A stretch of 64,000 nt of DNA from Zestosphaera tikiterensis (GTDB lineage Archaea; Thermoproteota; Thermoprotei_A; Sulfolobales; NBVN01). The position numbers were made by a program, and so were the translations under genes. Below are positions 45,279-56,010 of the stretch, in pieces. Each line of letters begins with the position of its first letter. Position 1 is the first letter of the stretch. The notes under the pieces are model-generated. The model did no database searches, was not told where the DNA came from, and worked only from the letters and a program-made list of their open reading frames with translations. Where the stretch lies: assembly GCA_003056265.1 (NCBI GenBank), contig NBVN01000004.1:261587-325586 (forward strand), given 5' to 3'.

Positions 45279-45584
45279 ATGAGTCTGTTTTGGGAGCCTA
45301 AGTGGGTTAGGATGAAGTTAACGGTGGATGACTTTATCATAGAGACGTGCGTGGATAAAACCACAAATTTAATAGCGTGTCCGTTATGTGTTGATATAGA
45401 CCTCTTATGTCCTGAAGAGGGGGCCTCAACCACTACTGAAGTAAAGGGTTCGCTTTTCTTTACAGCTGTAGACCTAGTAAACCATATGAGGACGCATGCC
45501 TCCAAGATTTCCGATAAGAAGATAAAAGTTTCTGAAGAGGAAGAAGAGGAGGAAGGTGAGGTACCTGAGGCTGAGGAAGGTTAA
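45279..45584 (+). CDS. hypothetical protein with a CxxC...HxxxH metal-binding pattern and a poly-Glu tail
   Basis: CPLC ... NHMRTH with a spacer of about 30 residues. The C-terminus is [16 protein letters not shown]. Confidence 0.4.
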   Translation: MSLFWEPKWVRMKLTVDDFIIETCVDKTTNLIACPLCVDIDLLCPEEGASTTTEVKGSLFFTAVDLVNHMRTHASKISDKKIKVSEEEEEEEGEVPEAEEG

Positions 45585-46539
45585 AACCGTCTACTTAGGT
45601 GAGTCTTTAACAACGGTTCTCTCAAAGCCTAAAGATGAAGACCTGATAATGTCGTACACAGGAAGTGAAAGTACCCTCTCTGGATGGGTTTTAAGAGATT
45701 TAACAATAGATAAAGCACCGATTTTCGTTGAGAATCCGAAGTGTGTTGAATCGCTAGGGGGACATCCTGTAGAGTTAGACTATCACGTTGAAGTTCTAGG
45801 CACTGAAGAAGACTTAAGCAGGAAGTTTAATGGTGTGGAAAACCTTCGAATGTTTTGGCTACATAGATTCAAATCTAAAGCTTATATACCGCATGAGGGT
45901 TGGTCAACAGTATTTAAAGTTATGAAGTCTAAAATCAAGACTAGTAGGCTTTATACAAGCTTAAGTGAGGTTTCAGTAAGTGATAAAACCGTTAAGTTGG
46001 AAGGAGGTGTCTTCATAAGCTACGAGAAACTCATTAATACAATACCGCAGAAACTGTTCTTAAGTATAGTTAAAAGTGATGACTTACCTAAAACCCCCTT
46101 AAACGATTACGTCCACATACCGCTCCACATAACTGCAGTCGTAACTAAAAACACTTCATCTGTTAGGGAGGGTCTTGTTAAAGTATATTCGCTAGGTAAG
46201 AAGAGATATATACCCTCACATGTAGTCCTCTATAAAACATTCGATGTTGAATATACGTTAAATTACGTGATAACTCCATTAACGAGTGAAAGCATTAAAA
46301 GCGAGCTTTTATCTCAAGCGATTTCAACGCTTAAGAAGCTAGGCGTAGAAGTTAAACCTATATACGCTATACGTACTTACTTCGAACCTTATGGGGTTTT
46401 AGCGGGTAAACCTGAAAACGTTGTAAAATCGTTGGAGAAATACGATATAGAGTTCCGCGGCCGTTACGGTATGTGGTCTGAGTTGAGTATATGTGATATC
46501 TTAAGAGGTTTTGGACTCACCACTACCGAGCTTACGTGA
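45556..46539 (+). CDS. hypothetical protein (the C-terminus resembles FAD-dependent mutase/oxidase folds); an alternative start lies at 45649
   Basis: The C-terminal [15 protein letters not shown] resembles the GR.g.Y.Y.nmd motif of UDP-galactopyranose mutase-like proteins. The N-terminal dinucleotide motif is degenerate. Confidence 0.35.
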   Translation: MRYLRLRKVKTVYLGESLTTVLSKPKDEDLIMSYTGSESTLSGWVLRDLTIDKAPIFVENPKCVESLGGHPVELDYHVEVLGTEEDLSRKFNGVENLRMFWLHRFKSKAYIPHEGWSTVFKVMKSKIKTSRLYTSLSEVSVSDKTVKLEGGVFISYEKLINTIPQKLFLSIVKSDDLPKTPLNDYVHIPLHITAVVTKNTSSVREGLVKVYSLGKKRYIPSHVVLYKTFDVEYTLNYVITPLTSESIKSELLSQAISTLKKLGVEVKPIYAIRTYFEPYGVLAGKPENVVKSLEKYDIEFRGRYGMWSELSICDILRGFGLTTTELT

Positions 46540-47379
46540 AATCACTTCCTTAAACTTCTTGAGTTCGTTTTCATCCATTAACCAAAACTCGCCTTCAGAC
46601 GGGAAAGAACCTTTTTTAACGTCATCTAAGTACTTCTTTAAAGCGTTAACTACAACTTCACTTAAGTTACTATATCTCCTAGCGAAAGGAGGTGGTTCGG
46701 GGTTTACACCCAGTAAATCGTAAATCACAAGTATTTGACCATCGCACCAAGGACCGGCGCCTATACATATAGTAGGTATTTTAAGCAGTTTAGTTATTTC
46801 CTCAGCGACTTGTGCTGTAGTGTATTCAATGACTATAGAGAAAGCGCCCGCCTCCTCTAATGCTTTAGCTGATTCAACAATCTCTAAAGCGTCATCAACT
46901 TTCTTACCCCTAAGTTTATAACCGCCCAGCTCTAAATACCTCTGCGGGTTTAAACCTACGTGACCCATCACTGGAATTCCAGCTTTAATTAAAGCCTCTA
47001 CTTTATCAACAACTTCTAAACCTCCTTCAAGTTTAACCGCGTCAGCACCTAGTTTCAACATCTTACCTGCGTTTCTTACGGCTTCAGACTTACTGACTTC
47101 ATAACTTAGAAAAGGCATATCAGCAACGACTAAGGATTTAGGTTTAGCGTTAAGAACGGCTTTTAAGTGGTGAGCGATTTCATTTAAAGTGACGGGTAAC
47201 GTTGATTTATAACCCATAACCACCATACCTAAAGAATCCCCAACGAGTATACCGTCAATGCCAGCTAAGTCAGCGAAAAGAGCTTCATAGTATGAATAAG
47301 CAGTAACCATAGCTATTTTTTCACCAGCTTTCTTCTTCTTAATGAAATCGTAAGGCATTAACTTACCTACCAAGCTCAC
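46501..47379 (-). CDS. panB: 3-methyl-2-oxobutanoate hydroxymethyltransferase (ketopantoate hydroxymethyltransferase)
   Basis: [34 protein letters not shown] and KLEGG are typical of PanB. Confidence 0.9.
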   Translation of the reverse strand: MSLVGKLMPYDFIKKKKAGEKIAMVTAYSYYEALFADLAGIDGILVGDSLGMVVMGYKSTLPVTLNEIAHHLKAVLNAKPKSLVVADMPFLSYEVSKSEAVRNAGKMLKLGADAVKLEGGLEVVDKVEALIKAGIPVMGHVGLNPQRYLELGGYKLRGKKVDDALEIVESAKALEEAGAFSIVIEYTTAQVAEEITKLLKIPTICIGAGPWCDGQILVIYDLLGVNPEPPPFARRYSNLSEVVVNALKKYLDDVKKGSFPSEGEFWLMDENELKKFKEVISRKLGSGESKTS

Positions 47380-47517
47380 ACCACATATAATAGGTGTGTT
47401 TAAACTATTTAACTTACTAGGTTGCTTATGAAGGTTTGTTCAGCAGGATAGGAAACTCATACTGTTGACTGCCTGTTATTGTTCTGCGGTTATTGTTTGA
47501 TATTTTGATATCTAGCT

Positions 47518-48468
47518 TTAGAGTCTATAGTGCTGTCTTTCCTTAGCCTTAACTAACATTAAGAGAGTTTCATTCACGGGCGTTTTAACATTTACCAGCC
47601 TGCCCTTCCTCACAACCTCACCATTTATGAAGTCCACCTCAGTTTTACGTTTGTTGATGATGTCTTGAAGCATTGAGGAATAGTTATCGCCTGTGGACAT
47701 GGCTATCTTAACGTATTCTTCGTAGGGGTTTGACGGAAGCTTCACACCTAATGCGTTAGCTACCTCAACAACCTCATCCACTATTTTATCTGCTAAGTTG
47801 CGGAGGACTTCATCCTCAACTAAAGCTCTATTCTTAACACCTAAAACAGCTGTTAAAGGGTTTATAGCCGCATTAACAGCTAGCTTTAACCACATATAAG
47901 ATTTAATGTCGTCAACCACCTTAACGTTTAACAAGCTTAACTTGCCGGCTAGGTTACTAAGCACCTTCTTAGGGAGTCCTTCAGATCCAACGTAGCTTTC
48001 GGAACCCCCAACCCATACGTAGTGGGTTGGTTTCTCTCTATACACGCCGTGAGAAAGCACTAAAGCCGCTACTCTCTCCTTACCTACTTCTTTAACGGCT
48101 TGCTCGTAAGCAAATAAGCCGTTCTGACACGTAACTATAAAGCCTTTAGAACTTAAACTAGTTCTAACTCTAGAGAGCGCTTCAGGGAAGTCGTAATTCT
48201 TAGTCGTTATGAAGATTAAATCAAAGACCACTCCCTTAGTAGATATTTCCTCATAACTTGTGTATGAAGCCGCTAAAGTGACTACGTCGCCTACAGGCGT
48301 TTGAAGTTTAATACCTCCCTCCCTCAAAACGGCTTCCGCCCTCCTAGAGTCTTTAAAGATTAGATATGGTTTCATACCGGCTTTGTTTAACGCGTGCGAT
48401 AACAACGCACCTATAGCTCCCGGACCCACTACAGCTACATTATCTGTCATGATAAACCCTTCCCACAA
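47518..48468 (-). CDS. panE: 2-dehydropantoate 2-reductase (ketopantoate reductase)
   Basis: The N-terminal VAVVGPGAIGALLSHAL is followed by the ApbA/PanE C-terminal region (NPLTAVLG, SSMLQDI..RKTEVD.ING). Confidence 0.8.
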   Translation of the reverse strand: MWEGFIMTDNVAVVGPGAIGALLSHALNKAGMKPYLIFKDSRRAEAVLREGGIKLQTPVGDVVTLAASYTSYEEISTKGVVFDLIFITTKNYDFPEALSRVRTSLSSKGFIVTCQNGLFAYEQAVKEVGKERVAALVLSHGVYREKPTHYVWVGGSESYVGSEGLPKKVLSNLAGKLSLLNVKVVDDIKSYMWLKLAVNAAINPLTAVLGVKNRALVEDEVLRNLADKIVDEVVEVANALGVKLPSNPYEEYVKIAMSTGDNYSSMLQDIINKRKTEVDFINGEVVRKGRLVNVKTPVNETLLMLVKAKERQHYRL

Positions 48469-48523
48469 TCATTACTTAATTAAGCTTTTATTAATCCTGC
48501 GTAGATCTTCTTAGGTGTAGATA

Positions 48524-50701
48524 ATGGGTTTAAGAGTTAAGGTAGGGGCATTTGACAAAACTAAGGTGCTTACGGTAATTTCTGTAGTTGCTTTCCTTAT
48601 AAGTGCTTTTGTAGGGAGTTACCTAAGGCTTTACCCAGTGATCAATTCGGAGTCGTTGGGTTACGAACCACTACTTAACGAGTTAGATCCCTACTCTGAG
48701 TATTGGGTTGCTGAGAAAATGCTTGAGAAAGGTTTAACATACTATTTTAGCTTAACTAGGGATAACAACGAAACACATATCTTCTGGTATCCGTGGGGTC
48801 GTGACTTCGTTAAGTCCTCCTTACCTATGCTACCCTTCTTTTCTGTACTCACGTACCAGATAGCTAAGCTCTTCAATCAAGGACTAACGCTTTTTGAATG
48901 GATGGTTTACCTACCCATACTTTTTTACTTAATGTCCTTAACGGGTATCTACTTAAGCGCTAGAGAGTTATGGGGTGATATCCCAGCAGCAACATCAGCC
49001 GTTATAACAGCTTTAATCTTTAACAGTAGGCAAATCGCGGGATTTACGGTTAAGTATTCAGTAGGCCTCGCGTTCTTCTTCATAGCTATTTACTTCTACG
49101 TTAGAACTTTAAAACATGGTAGGTATTTAGATGCCTTACTTACAGGCGTGTTCCTCGCCGCTACCGCTGCTGGTTGGGCAGGGTTTAACCTACTGCTTGC
49201 CGCTATGTTCCTACACACAGTTCTCCTTCCATTAATTAAAGAGAAAATAACGTATAAGGATGTGATCCTGTGGGCTTTAGAAACTCTACCTCTAGCTTTA
49301 ACCATATCTGTAACTCCGTTTTACGGGGTCTTATACTTAATTAAAAGTGTAGGTGTAATTATACCGTTGGGTTTCGCGACTTTAGCTATTGCTTTAGGGG
49401 TATTAAAGTTAGCTTCATCGAGGACTGTCCGCCTTAAATACCCGTTACTCACTAAGTACAAGGTAATTTACCTCCTGCTTATAGCGTTGATCGGCGTCGG
49501 AGGCCTTTTAGGCTTAGTAAGCGGTGCAATAAGCGTTAAGGGTAAGGGCTTAGCGGCTATGGGTTTAAAGGAATTAACGCATGTATTGGTTGGGACTGTT
49601 CAGGAATACGCCCCAGGGGATGCGCAAACATTCATCACAAGTGCTGGGGCGCCGTTAATCGTGTCATTACTTATGCTGATATACTTCGCTTATAGAGCTT
49701 TACTTAAGAAAGACCAACTTAATCTATTCGTGGGTATTCTACTGCTGGTTATATTCTACGCAACAGTAAATCTCTCCTACTTCTACCCATTGCTTAATTA
49801 CACAGTGGCTTTAACTCAAGCTGGGTTCGTTGCTTTACTGCTTAATCCGTTGATTAAACGCGGTGTTAGGAGGGATTGGTTCACTACGTTGTTAGCGTTG
49901 GTACTGCTTATATCGTATGTTGGAGTTACGTTAGCTCAAGGCGCCTTACTTTGGGTTAATGCTTACAGATCGCAAACACCGTTAATACTTGATTCAGGAC
50001 TTGGTGTTGGAGTTGAAGCCCCTGCGTGGTTAGACACCCTCAACTGGTTAAGGACTAACACACCTAAGGATAGTGTGGTCGTGTCTTGGTGGGACTACGG
50101 TTATTGGATATCGGTTGTTGGTGAGAGGGCCTCCGTTGCGGATGGTGCTACTTTAAACACCACGCAGATTGAGCTTCTAGCTAAAGCTTTAACTAGTGAT
50201 GAGCGTGAAGCTTATAAGATATTCACGCAGGACTTCAGGATACCTCCGGAGAAGCTTTACGTAGTCGTATATGATGTAGTCTTAGTGAGTGATTACTACT
50301 TAGCTGTCTTCCCAGGGCCTTTAGCGTTTCAAAACGCTTACTTGGGAGCCGACGCTGCTAAAGGTATTTCAGCTATTTACAGGATAGCTAATAAAACACC
50401 ACCAACGGCTGTGGCGCAAGTAAGTCAATACGTGGCTTACAGCGTTCCTGACTGGACAAGCAACGAGTTGAGGAACGCTACGCTTTACAAGATTTTACTA
50501 GACTCGATATATGAAGTCTTCGGTAGGGAAGGCTATACTGTAAGATTCCTCTACACCTCAGGTGGTTACTGGCCTGAAATACCTAGACCTAAAATGGAGG
50601 TGTTTAAACCGGCTTACATAGCCGTTAGTAAGATGTTTCAAAACCCACCGGTATATGTCATTGTTGCCGTTTATAAGGTAGGGGACTTAAGTAATGCCTG
50701 A
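48524..50701 (+). CDS. aglB: oligosaccharyltransferase AglB (STT3 family)
   Basis: A large multi-TM N-terminal domain plus the catalytic WWDYGYWI motif. Confidence 0.9.
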   Translation: MGLRVKVGAFDKTKVLTVISVVAFLISAFVGSYLRLYPVINSESLGYEPLLNELDPYSEYWVAEKMLEKGLTYYFSLTRDNNETHIFWYPWGRDFVKSSLPMLPFFSVLTYQIAKLFNQGLTLFEWMVYLPILFYLMSLTGIYLSARELWGDIPAATSAVITALIFNSRQIAGFTVKYSVGLAFFFIAIYFYVRTLKHGRYLDALLTGVFLAATAAGWAGFNLLLAAMFLHTVLLPLIKEKITYKDVILWALETLPLALTISVTPFYGVLYLIKSVGVIIPLGFATLAIALGVLKLASSRTVRLKYPLLTKYKVIYLLLIALIGVGGLLGLVSGAISVKGKGLAAMGLKELTHVLVGTVQEYAPGDAQTFITSAGAPLIVSLLMLIYFAYRALLKKDQLNLFVGILLLVIFYATVNLSYFYPLLNYTVALTQAGFVALLLNPLIKRGVRRDWFTTLLALVLLISYVGVTLAQGALLWVNAYRSQTPLILDSGLGVGVEAPAWLDTLNWLRTNTPKDSVVVSWWDYGYWISVVGERASVADGATLNTTQIELLAKALTSDEREAYKIFTQDFRIPPEKLYVVVYDVVLVSDYYLAVFPGPLAFQNAYLGADAAKGISAIYRIANKTPPTAVAQVSQYVAYSVPDWTSNELRNATLYKILLDSIYEVFGREGYTVRFLYTSGGYWPEIPRPKMEVFKPAYIAVSKMFQNPPVYVIVAVYKVGDLSNA

Positions 50702-51941
50702 GGTGTGCGGTAATTACGTGGTTTTAAACCCTTACGTATGGCTTAAGAACGCCTGCGTGGTTTTTAAGGAGAGGATAGAGGATATTTACCCGTTAGGTTC
50801 TGAGGTGGGGGAAGGCCTTAAAAACACTGTAGTTACGCATGGCTTAGCTTCAACACATACGCATTTAGGGCTGTATCAAATACGTTTAAGTGTTTCCGAA
50901 GGCTTACCGCTTGATGAGTGGGTTAAGCTTAGGGCGTGGCCCTGGGAAAAGTTTTTAAGGAGTAACCCGCAACTTACGTATTATGTTGCTTTAAACGCTT
51001 TGAAAGAGCTTCTTAAATCCGGTGTTACGTTAGTTGCTGACATGCACTTTAACGAGTTTTGGGTTTATAAGGCGTTAATTGACGTTGGAGTTAAAGGGGA
51101 TTTAAGCGTAGCTATAATGGACGGCGGCGTTTTCGAGAATTTCGAAGAGGGGCTTGAGGAGAACTTAGATCTTTCTAGGAGGGCTTCCGATCCTAAGGTA
51201 AGGGTTAGGTTAGGCCCGTGCACACCTAGGCTTCTAACTCCACTACAGTATAAGGAAGTTGTAGAGACAGCTGAAGAGTTAGGTTTAGGGATACACACCC
51301 ACATAGCTGAAGTTCTAGATGATGAGTTATGGTTAAAAAGCAGGTATGGAATGAGCCTTAGAGATTTCGCGCATTACGTAGGTTTAGGTAATGTAGATAC
51401 CTTAGCTGCTCACGTTGTTTGGGGTGAAAGCCTTATAGAATTCCTTTCTTCGAAAGGGGTTAAAGTTTCCCACCCACCTAGGTCAAACACCTTATTAGGT
51501 GATGGTAGAGCACCGATTAAAAGCTATTTAAAGAATGGCGTAAGAGTAAGCTTAGGTGTGGACGTAGCTCCAACATATAGCTTAGTTGACGACATGAAAT
51601 CCTACCTAGTTCTTCATTACGAAGGGGAAGGCATACCTCAAACACATGAAGCTTTCAAGATCGCGACGGTTAACGGCTATCAAGACCTAGGCTTCGGTTC
51701 CGGTGAGTTAACACTTAAAGAACCTGCTGATGTAGTTGTGTGGGAATTACCTAAGGACGTTAGTAAGGTTGGGTTAAACCCCATATCCAGCATTGTTTGG
51801 GGCGGTGCTAAAGTTAAGGAGGTTTATGTTAATGGTGTTAAAGTGTTTGAAGAAGGTAATTTAATTAATGTTCATGTGTCGGCAGACTCCATCAACGCTA
51901 AAATCGAGGAATATCTAAAGGACTTTAAGCGTGAGGATTAA
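50694..51941 (+). CDS. amidohydrolase-superfamily deaminase (MTA/SAH deaminase / guanine-deaminase-like)
   Basis: ASTHTHLG (the HxH metal site), GIHTHIAE and the later AHVVW..HPPRSN pattern. Confidence 0.7.
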   Translation: MPEVCGNYVVLNPYVWLKNACVVFKERIEDIYPLGSEVGEGLKNTVVTHGLASTHTHLGLYQIRLSVSEGLPLDEWVKLRAWPWEKFLRSNPQLTYYVALNALKELLKSGVTLVADMHFNEFWVYKALIDVGVKGDLSVAIMDGGVFENFEEGLEENLDLSRRASDPKVRVRLGPCTPRLLTPLQYKEVVETAEELGLGIHTHIAEVLDDELWLKSRYGMSLRDFAHYVGLGNVDTLAAHVVWGESLIEFLSSKGVKVSHPPRSNTLLGDGRAPIKSYLKNGVRVSLGVDVAPTYSLVDDMKSYLVLHYEGEGIPQTHEAFKIATVNGYQDLGFGSGELTLKEPADVVVWELPKDVSKVGLNPISSIVWGGAKVKEVYVNGVKVFEEGNLINVHVSADSINAKIEEYLKDFKRED

Positions 51942-52648
51942 TACTTAGTGGATTCGAGTTTGCTACGTTGTTTTAAGATAAGTGTTTTTATGCGGGAGCT
52001 TATATAGACAGTTACGTTACGTATCTCAGACAATAGAGCTTTTACAGAACCTTTTAATCCATGTGTTATATGTTCGTCAACAACTTTAGCCCAATTGATG
52101 TTTAATATATAGTACGCTATTACTAAAGTCACTAATACCATGGCTGGTATCACATAACTGTTCACACCCTCCAGTTCCTGAGCGAATAAACTACCGTAGA
52201 AAACAGTAATAGACGTTAGCACTAACTTACCCATTAAAACAGCTATGAAATACGCTGGAAGCGAGTATTTAACCATCCCAGTAGGTAAGTATAGCACATC
52301 ATCTGGGAGGGGAAGTGCCGCAAACACGAAAATCGCTATAAACAGAGATTTACTAGCCAACTTCCTAAACAACTCTATGTTTTCCTTTGTATGCTCGCTT
52401 ACTTTTAAGGTTAAAGCCCTGCCAACGGAGTAGATTATCAACTTACCTAAAGTAGCCCCTAAAGCAGACGAAGCAATTATAGCTACTTTAGCGAGCGGGT
52501 CTTTATAATACGTAGCGTAGCCTATTATAGCCAGCAAATACGGAAGTGAGACGAAAGGTATTGAGTTACTTATTAAACTAATGATGAAAGGCCCTAACGG
52601 AGGCGCTATCAACACATGCAGTAGCCTAGCCCAAATCATGAACGTCAT
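51938..52648 (-). CDS. DedA/VTT-domain-like membrane protein
   Basis: A multi-TM protein of about 236 aa. Resemblance to DedA family topology is weak. Confidence 0.4.
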   Translation of the reverse strand: MTFMIWARLLHVLIAPPLGPFIISLISNSIPFVSLPYLLAIIGYATYYKDPLAKVAIIASSALGATLGKLIIYSVGRALTLKVSEHTKENIELFRKLASKSLFIAIFVFAALPLPDDVLYLPTGMVKYSLPAYFIAVLMGKLVLTSITVFYGSLFAQELEGVNSYVIPAMVLVTLVIAYYILNINWAKVVDEHITHGLKGSVKALLSEIRNVTVYISSRIKTLILKQRSKLESTKY

Positions 52649-52773
52649 CCACGCTTAACAGACTTTTAACCCCGCTATTTCTTTTAATTGTTACTTAATT
52701 AAACGCATTTAAGCTTTATTAAACGGGGCTTAATCCACCTAGATTGCTTAAGGTCTTCAAACCAATCGATGAC

Positions 52774-53328
52774 TTAAGTAAGAGGTTCCTCAACTATAGG
52801 TACGTTCTCCCCTACTAAAGCACTTCTACCTAACGGGTCTTCTAATATTAGAGTAAACTTCAGTTTAGCGTTCATAGCATCAACGATCTTAACCACTACG
52901 TTATGACATTCATGGCTTTCGTTAAAGCATTCTGACGGCATATTATCTAAGATCTTTTCTAAAACACCCTCAACAGTTGTTATATATCCTTCAGCTGCAG
53001 GCCCAGGAACTACCTCAATACCTAACTCCGGTATTTCAATTCTAGCTGTTGAGGACTTAATAACTAAAGCCCTTAACTCCCTATCCGTGTTTACACTTAT
53101 CTTCAACCTCTTAGCTTTCCCAACCCCCGCTAAACCCACGTTAGACTTTCTATAACCGCAAACACCGCATTTCCATACCTCCATAACTACCTCACCCGCT
53201 AAAGGAACTACGTACGTGTAGACACTATATTTAAGAGTCTTACCACCACATACAGGACATTCAACTTCGTCTTCGTAGATGGGCTTTAACTCCTCCACAG
53301 CTTCCCACCGCCATATAATATTTACCAT
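52774..53328 (-). CDS. ZPR1-type zinc-finger protein
   Basis: CPVCGGK...CGVCGYR is followed by a beta-rich domain, as in archaeal ZPR1-like proteins. Confidence 0.65.
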   Translation of the reverse strand: MVNIIWRWEAVEELKPIYEDEVECPVCGGKTLKYSVYTYVVPLAGEVVMEVWKCGVCGYRKSNVGLAGVGKAKRLKISVNTDRELRALVIKSSTARIEIPELGIEVVPGPAAEGYITTVEGVLEKILDNMPSECFNESHECHNVVVKIVDAMNAKLKFTLILEDPLGRSALVGENVPIVEEPLT

Positions 53329-53606
53329 AGCAGGTTATTCTATTTAGCGATTTCTACAATACATTATATACTATTCCCTTCCACCTCTGAGTTATTTGAC
53401 TTTGTATCGGGTTTAAAGCCTTCAAGACCTCTTAAGACTGAGATCAGTTAGTGATGTCTAAGGGTAGGGGGCTTAGAACCGACGGAAACATAGGTGACTC
53501 GTACTTAATTATTACTACTTATTTTTAAATATTCCTACGTCAAATAATAACTTGAAAAAACAATAGAAAAGAAAAAGACTGAAAGTAAGGTTTTGGGTGA
53601 GTTAGG

Positions 53607-53852
53607 TTGTGGTTTGCTTTTTTGACTTCGCCGTTGGGTCCTAACTTACGAATTCTTAAGAAGCTCGTCTTAGCTAATGTTCACGAACGAAGCGAGTTTG
53701 AAGCCTTGAAGAGTAGGGTATCTGGGGTTTTAGATCTTACGGAGGTCTCAGTAGAGGATGTTGATATGCTTTACTTAGTTAGTTCTGTAGATCCGGATAC
53801 GGCTGATTTGATAAAGTTAGGTTTTAAAGGGTTTATAATAGCTGAGCTATAG
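53607..53852 (+). CDS. hypothetical protein
   Basis: ORF track only (TTG start). Confidence 0.3.
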   Translation: MWFAFLTSPLGPNLRILKKLVLANVHERSEFEALKSRVSGVLDLTEVSVEDVDMLYLVSSVDPDTADLIKLGFKGFIIAEL

Positions 53853-53906
53853 CTGAGCTTAAGTGAATTTTAAAGCTCTGAAAAAATCTTTAAATGGGGA
53901 TTAAGG

Positions 53907-54443
53907 ATGTCCGACAGAAGAAGGAGGAAGTCGATATTCGATATCTTCGATGAACTCTTTAGAGAGTTGGATGAGGAGATGCGTGAATTCCTAGAGGAGA
54001 GCGAGAGATTTTGGCGTATGAGACCTGAAGACTTTGAAGAACTACAACGTAAGGGTTTAGGACCCTATGTTTACGGCTTTAGAATACATATAGGGCCAGA
54101 CGGTAAAATCAAAGTAGACGAGTTTGGCAACGTTAGGAGGGAGGGACCTAAGCCTAAGATAGCTGAGGAGATAGAACCTTTAGTTGATGTTATAGATGAG
54201 GGAGATAAGGTTAGGATCATAGCTGAAGTTCCAGGTGTTGAAAAGGATAAGATAAAGCTTAAAGCCGTTGGTAAAGAACTCATTATCCAAGCAAGCAACG
54301 GTAAGAAATACTATAAGAAAGTTCAACTACCTGATGAGGTAGATGTTAAAACAGCTAAGGCGCAGTATAGAAACGGCGTCTTAGAAGTAGAGTTAAAGAA
54401 GTCAAAGAAGGAATCTGGAGAGTATGAAATAAAAATTGAATAA
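53907..54443 (+). CDS. small heat shock protein Hsp20
   Basis: The alpha-crystallin domain reads EPLVDVIDEGDKVRIIAEVPGVEKDKIKL ... VQLPDEVDVKTAKAQYRNGVLEVELKK. Confidence 0.9.
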   Translation: MSDRRRRKSIFDIFDELFRELDEEMREFLEESERFWRMRPEDFEELQRKGLGPYVYGFRIHIGPDGKIKVDEFGNVRREGPKPKIAEEIEPLVDVIDEGDKVRIIAEVPGVEKDKIKLKAVGKELIIQASNGKKYYKKVQLPDEVDVKTAKAQYRNGVLEVELKKSKKESGEYEIKIE

Positions 54444-54464
54444 ATAAATACGTGGAGATAGGAA

Positions 54465-55277
54465 TTGAGTGCCTGCGAGGATAGGGAAGAAAAAGATAAA
54501 AACGTTTTTAAAGCTTTAATACCTAAGAACCACCCACGTTATGAATCCCTACTTTTAAGGGAGAAGATAATCGAAGGTCTTAATGAAGGCTATGTTGCTC
54601 AAGCTGGGTTAATAGCTCATGGGAGGGGGGAATGCTTTGATTACTTAATAGGTGAGAAGACCATAGACCCAGCTTTAAAGGCTATAGACGCTGCTGCCGC
54701 TGCTTTAATCTTAGCTAAGCATCCAGTGATTTCAGTAAACGGTAACGTAGCTGCTTTAGTCCCTAAGGAAATAGTTGAATTAGCTAAGAAAGTCAACGCT
54801 AAGTTAGAAGTTAATTTATTCTATAGAACCGAAGAAAGAGTTAGAAAAATAGCTGATATACTTAGAAGATGCGGTGCTGACGAAGTTTTAGGGGTTGATG
54901 ACGCTACGGCTTCTATCCCAGAGTTATTTAGTGAGAGGAGGAAAGTCAGCCCTAAAGGAATATATATAGCAGATGTTGTTTTAGTTCCTTTAGAGGATGG
55001 GGATAGGACGGAAGCTTTAAGGAAGATGGGGAAAACCGTAATAGCTATAGACCTTAATCCGTTATCAAGAACCTCTAGATCAGCAAACATAACTATAGTG
55101 GATAACGTGGTTAGAGCCATACCTAAACTTACTGAACGCGTCGAAGAACTTAAAAAACTTGATAGGGAGGTGTTGCGGGACATATTAAGGAACTACGACA
55201 ACGATAGGGTTTTAGCTGAAGTCATAACATACATAATGAATAGATTGAAAGACCTAAGTAAGGAGTTAACTAAGTAA
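54465..55277 (+). CDS. phosphopantothenate synthetase (4-phosphopantoate--beta-alanine ligase, archaeal CoA pathway)
   Basis: [77 protein letters not shown] closely parallels the Thermococcus kodakarensis enzyme as I recall it. Confidence 0.85.
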   Translation: MSACEDREEKDKNVFKALIPKNHPRYESLLLREKIIEGLNEGYVAQAGLIAHGRGECFDYLIGEKTIDPALKAIDAAAAALILAKHPVISVNGNVAALVPKEIVELAKKVNAKLEVNLFYRTEERVRKIADILRRCGADEVLGVDDATASIPELFSERRKVSPKGIYIADVVLVPLEDGDRTEALRKMGKTVIAIDLNPLSRTSRSANITIVDNVVRAIPKLTERVEELKKLDREVLRDILRNYDNDRVLAEVITYIMNRLKDLSKELTK

Positions 55278-55309
55278 AGCCATGCTTAAATTAACGTAAT
55301 CCCCATCCC

Positions 55310-55633
55310 TTAATATATTAAAACTCCTTCGCAGAAGTCGTTATCGTCATGTAGAGTTAAACCTAAACTACTTACCTCCTGAGTTTTAGGGCTTTCATTA
55401 CCTAAAGCTGAAAGTATTAAGTCCGTTAACTCTTCAGGCGTTAACTTCTTATTTACTGTAAACTCTATGTCGTTAATAATCAACGAAACCCTAGAGTCTT
55501 TCGAATAGTATGGTATTACGTAAACCTCAACCCCATATTCATGAAATAGCTTCTGAGCCGTATACCACGTTAACTTAAGGAGTTCCTCACCCAACAAGCT
55601 TCCATTAGTAACTACTATCACGTCAACAGGCAC
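55310..55633 (-). CDS. hypothetical small protein (paralogous to 61057-61341)
   Basis: ORF track. By-eye similarity to the 94-aa ORF at 61057-61341. Confidence 0.4.
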   Translation of the reverse strand: MPVDVIVVTNGSLLGEELLKLTWYTAQKLFHEYGVEVYVIPYYSKDSRVSLIINDIEFTVNKKLTPEELTDLILSALGNESPKTQEVSSLGLTLHDDNDFCEGVLIY

Positions 55634-56010
55634 TTTCTAACCCATGTAAAACCTGGTCTCAATATTGTTTTTAAGAACTCACTCTTAATTAAGATTGGAT
55701 CTTAACGCTATCGTAAACATGTAGGATTTTTAATGTTTGCGCAGGATTAAGTAAAGACCTTAGCTCTTAGTAATGAGTGAAACTTTAGATAGTAGCTTTA
55801 TATAGCAAGCCATCCTTTCTATACCAGAAAGTAGGGTTTGCTCTGTTGTTTAAACTTAGTGAGTAAGCAGGTATGGTAAACCCTTAAATGTTCTCGATTA
55901 ATTGAGGAGAGTTAGCTCCCGTAGAGTAATTAAGAGGTAAATAACCGTTATGAGCCTAGTTATGACAGACACGAAATGAAGACATAGCTAAGACAAACGA
56001 GATTTTTACT

